A stretch of DNA of 64,000 bases from Oikopleura dioica (taxonomy: Eukaryota > Animalia > Chordata). The notes below the pieces were generated by a model that was not told the origin of the DNA, made no database searches, and was given only the letters and a program-made list of their open reading frames with translations. A program made the translations under genes and the position numbers. Where the stretch lies: assembly GCA_907165135.1 (NCBI GenBank), contig OU015566.1, forward strand, positions 5,952,001-6,016,000, written 5' to 3'. Positions 60,421 to 64,000 of this stretch are shown here, piece after piece (position 1 is the first letter of the stretch; the number at the start of each line of letters is the position of its first letter).

Positions 60421-63211
60421 ATTCGATACTGGCGCACGCTCCCCCACTCGCTATTTTTTACTAAGCACGTGACACAGCTGCACTTGAATGAATGTAGTTA
60501 GTTGACGATTTTTAGGTTATTTTTTCTTTTACGAATGTTTTTATAAAGAAAAAATTTTGTTTAGGAAAATTAAAATTGATAAATCAATAATTTTATTGCA
60601 AAAAAATACATTGGAAAAAGTATTAAGTATTATATTTTTAAATAATCATAAATTAAAATTATAGAAATAATTAGTAATCGTAATTTTAATTGAAAAGTCC
60701 TGCTAATGATTGTTTTTGGGCTTCAAGAAACAGTCTGCAAAAACCTTTTTATATGCAAAAAATTCGAAGAATCTTATCCTCGAATCCAATAAGATTTTAG
60801 CCAGCTGTTGTCAGGAAGATCTGTCATAATGATAAACATCAGCTGGCGGAGCATATGGTCAAAAAGCGAATATAAATACTCGACTTTCCTGCAATCGGTC
60901 ACAAAGAATATAAAATGACTGCTTAAGTTCGAACAATGTATAGAGTCGCGCCAACGTTCAGAAATTCTTTAAAGATTTTAGCCTTCTGCAAAAGATAATA
61001 AACTGAAAAATTATGAGATTCAAAGTTGTTGTTTAAAAAAATACTGTTTACGGGGTCCCATTTGGCTCAAATTTAGGGTTACTCCTATTTTCTGTAGATT
61101 TTTTTCTGGACCTATTTTTCAAACCGATTTTAATGGTGTTAGAATAATAATTAAGGGCTTCTGACTCGAGCAAAAGAAAGCCCGGTTCCCTGGCCGGGTC
61201 TTTGCCAGGGTTTGGGGGGATGGAAGGCCCCCGACGCCCTGAAAAATCGATTTGAAAAATAGGTCCAGAAAAAAATCTACAGAAATAGGAGCAGCTTAAA
61301 TTAAGGGTAATTACTTGACTCCGAAAATTATATATACAAAAAACGATTCTGAAAAAAAAGAATGAAAAAACCAAATGGCCCGGAAGCGGCTTCCTGGAGA
61401 CGGAGTAAACATATTTATAGAGTATTCGACCAAAAGTATTTGGCGCAAGAATCCGGAAGTGGCGGCGCGCGGATTAAGGGATTGACAACATTCACTCTGA
61501 CTCGTAATCATTTGTATACAAGTATTGAGCAAAAATATATATATACTAGGGCCTCTGCTCGTTCAAGGGGAATTACTTTGTCATTTCGTTTTTCTTTCGT
61601 TATTTTCTGTTTCAAAAGTTCTTACTGTAATAGCCAAAGTTCTCATTGGGCTTCTAGTACACTAATGAATGATAGAATCGTCTTCAAATTTCATTTCCGA
61701 GCCGTAAAATCATGTTTCTAGCGCTTTTTATTCACAAAAAAAGCGCGCGGCAGGCAAAGTATACTCAGAAAAAGTATTCGCGTATACGCAAAACAGCGCC
61801 ACCTATGGCGTCGCTTGCTGAGCCAATCTGCTTCAGAGAGCTGATCAATCTTGGTTTTCAAGCAAGAACTTGTGTTCTTTCTACAGCTGCTGTCACTAGG
61901 CACATCGTTCGGTAGCACCACGTGATTTATTCGCAACTAAGCGAAAAACATGGGGCAAGTTTAGAAGTTTCATCATTCTTTCTCAAGAAAACTAGAAAAC
62001 CAAGGAAAAATATGCTGACTCGATAGTTTTTGTAAACTTGAAAATAACGGCTTATCAAATTTTTTGGTCAAAAAAAAACGTCCAGAGGCTTTTGATTGGT
62101 TAGAAACCTTACTAAAATAAAAAAAGAAGGTTTCTTTCTGAAAAAAGTGAGTCTGAATTTTGATTATGATTGATAAAAATTGTTTTCTATCAAAAATATA
62201 TTATTACCTGATGTGCGGATGCGCAAGCCATTGAATACTGCTAAATTTGATCGTCAGTGGCTGTTACTTTTACAATCCAATCTCAATCTCTTGAAAAAAA
62301 AATGAAATCGTCAGTTTTGAAAAAAATGATAATCTTGTAATAATTATGAATTGTATTTTGTTTAGATATCGGCGAAGTAGCAATCCGATGCAAGAGTACC
62401 CAGCGCGTACGTCTGCCGAGCGCGAGGGCGCTAGCGAGTCGAATCGTGAAAAATAATTTTATTTTATAGCGCGGCGAAAAAAGAGCGCCACCGAGGTGTT
62501 AACTCGCGGTTTTTGAACACTTCCGGTTCTTTTTTTTTATAATTTTTTTTTTATAAAAATTTCAAAAAAGTAATTATTAAAAAATTGATTCAAATCATGG
62601 CAAAAATTAATACGAAATAACGATTATTTTCAATTAAATTTTTGGTAAAAAGGCTCAAATTTGAGCTAGAAATAATGGAACTAAGAGTTAATATAGTGTA
62701 GATGGCAGGATAATTTTATGGTACAATTGTTAAGAAAAAAATAATTGAAAAAATTCAAATTCTCGAGAAAAAGTGAATTTTTATGGTTTCTTTCTGGAAG
62801 AAATTATATTTTGAAAATGAGGACTTTTCGCCAGCCAAAATACTCGAAACTCGAAAAACACTTGATTGCATTGAAAAATTAAGGGAGAATTAAAGACTTG
62901 TAAGCCGCAGCTGAGTGGCTAAATAAGGAACCGCTGGAGAATGTATTTTCCGCGTGTTTGGCCAAAACAAGGGCCCCTTTGTTATTCAATTTGGGAGTTG
63001 GGGCGCGAGGCGATTTTGAATTTTCTCAACCTTTGGTCCGGAAATGAAACATGGGAAGGTCACCTAAGGGCGCCTTCTTAACAGTTTAAAGACGATTCAA
63101 GACAGTCCAAGTCTGAACAAAGATCAAAAGCAAACTGGGCTAGGGGACCTAATCCTAAACCTGAGTCAGGGTCCAAGAAGAGCTATAATAAAACGCCCCG
63201 TAGCGGCTTAA

Positions 63212-63871
63212 GGGGGTGGTGGTCGAGAAAATTTTTTTTCGATTTTTTAAAATTCTGATATTATTTTTAGATTCCTTGATAAAAAAGGAGTATTTTTGGT
63301 CTCTAGCTTTTTTGATTAAACCAACTTTATTAAAGAAAATTTACGATTTTATGCTTTGAAATCGCCATTTTCGGAAATTCTAAAACGCGTTTTTCGCACT
63401 TAAACCAATTAAAAATTGATTTTTTACTGCAAGATTATGTTTCTCGATCATATTTTTATTATAAAAATCTAAAAAAATACGATTACTGTTATGTTTTCGA
63501 AAGTTTCATTTAAAAATGAATGAAAATGGCGATTTTTCAGGCTCCCAGCATTTTTGATTCAATTACGAACTTTTTCCTAAAAGCTTACACTTGAAAATCT
63601 CCACGCGCCCACATCCGTAAGGGTCTATTCTATCATCATATGAGGTTTGATCTTTGAAAAAAAAGTTATTTTGCCCGGAATCTTGGATTGAAGTAGGGTC
63701 CACTTTCATAAATTTTTTCTCAGTTTTTTCAAAAAAAAAAAAAATTTTTTCTCCACGCGCCCACATTCTTTCAACGTTTATCTTTAACCCTAGAAAATAT
63801 AGATTTTCTTGTCCCTTTCGGTTTTTTCTCAATCATGGTTTGAAAAATCTTAATTCTCGACCACCACCCCC
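63212..63871. mobile_element. TTAA-flanked MITE with GG...CC termini (Kolobok-like)
   Basis: ttaa|gggggtggtggtcgagaa ... ttctcgaccaccaccccc|ttaa, a perfect 18-bp TIR. Confidence 0.9.
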
Positions 63872-64000
63872 TTAATTTGAATCTAGCCACAACGCGGCTT
63901 CACCAGAATAAAAGTCTGAATTTACTTTTAATTCTTGATAAAGCCGCTTTGCGGCTAGGTTTACAAAAAAGCCGCTACGCGGCTTTCAATCAAAGCTCGT

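Noticed and set aside
60500-63150. Additional genes near 61362-61936
   Set aside because: Only short ORFs with no recognisable motifs or consistent exon chain, so no call could be supported.

Overview
This is eukaryotic, gene-dense, AT-rich genomic DNA with very short introns (often 35-80 nt), several apparent non-GT donors and acceptor sites just upstream of start codons. The pattern best fits an appendicularian tunicate such as Oikopleura dioica (inference). (1) A complete, very recent Ty3/Gypsy LTR retrotransposon (20059-27443) has apparently identical 484-bp LTRs and an AGCT TSD. It carries a CCCH-finger Gag, a Pol joined in frame to gag across a single UGA-CUA stop, and a non-Env third ORF. 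It is inserted antisense into a coding exon of a secreted lectin-like gene. (2) A run of nine co-oriented minus-strand genes: a polycystin-1-like channel with lectin-like/PLAT/EGF ectodomain, a SUEL lectin, the disrupted lectin-like gene, HS6ST, a signal-peptide-bearing NDP kinase, a multi-TM protein, MAGI, a DIDO1/PHF3-like gene and an unknown gene. (3) A classical protein tyrosine phosphatase and a C2H2 zinc-finger gene. (4) Two diverged paralogues (2.3-7.1 kb and 52.5-58.5 kb) of a Cys-rich/kelch-like family that share an in-frame TGA in a conserved 108-nt exon. (5) Many non-autonomous DNA transposons (hAT-like with 8-bp TSDs, TTAA-flanked, Tc1-like). Four sit inside coding exons, and three of these have plausible in-frame splice escape routes. 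Exon boundaries were read by eye and are approximate.
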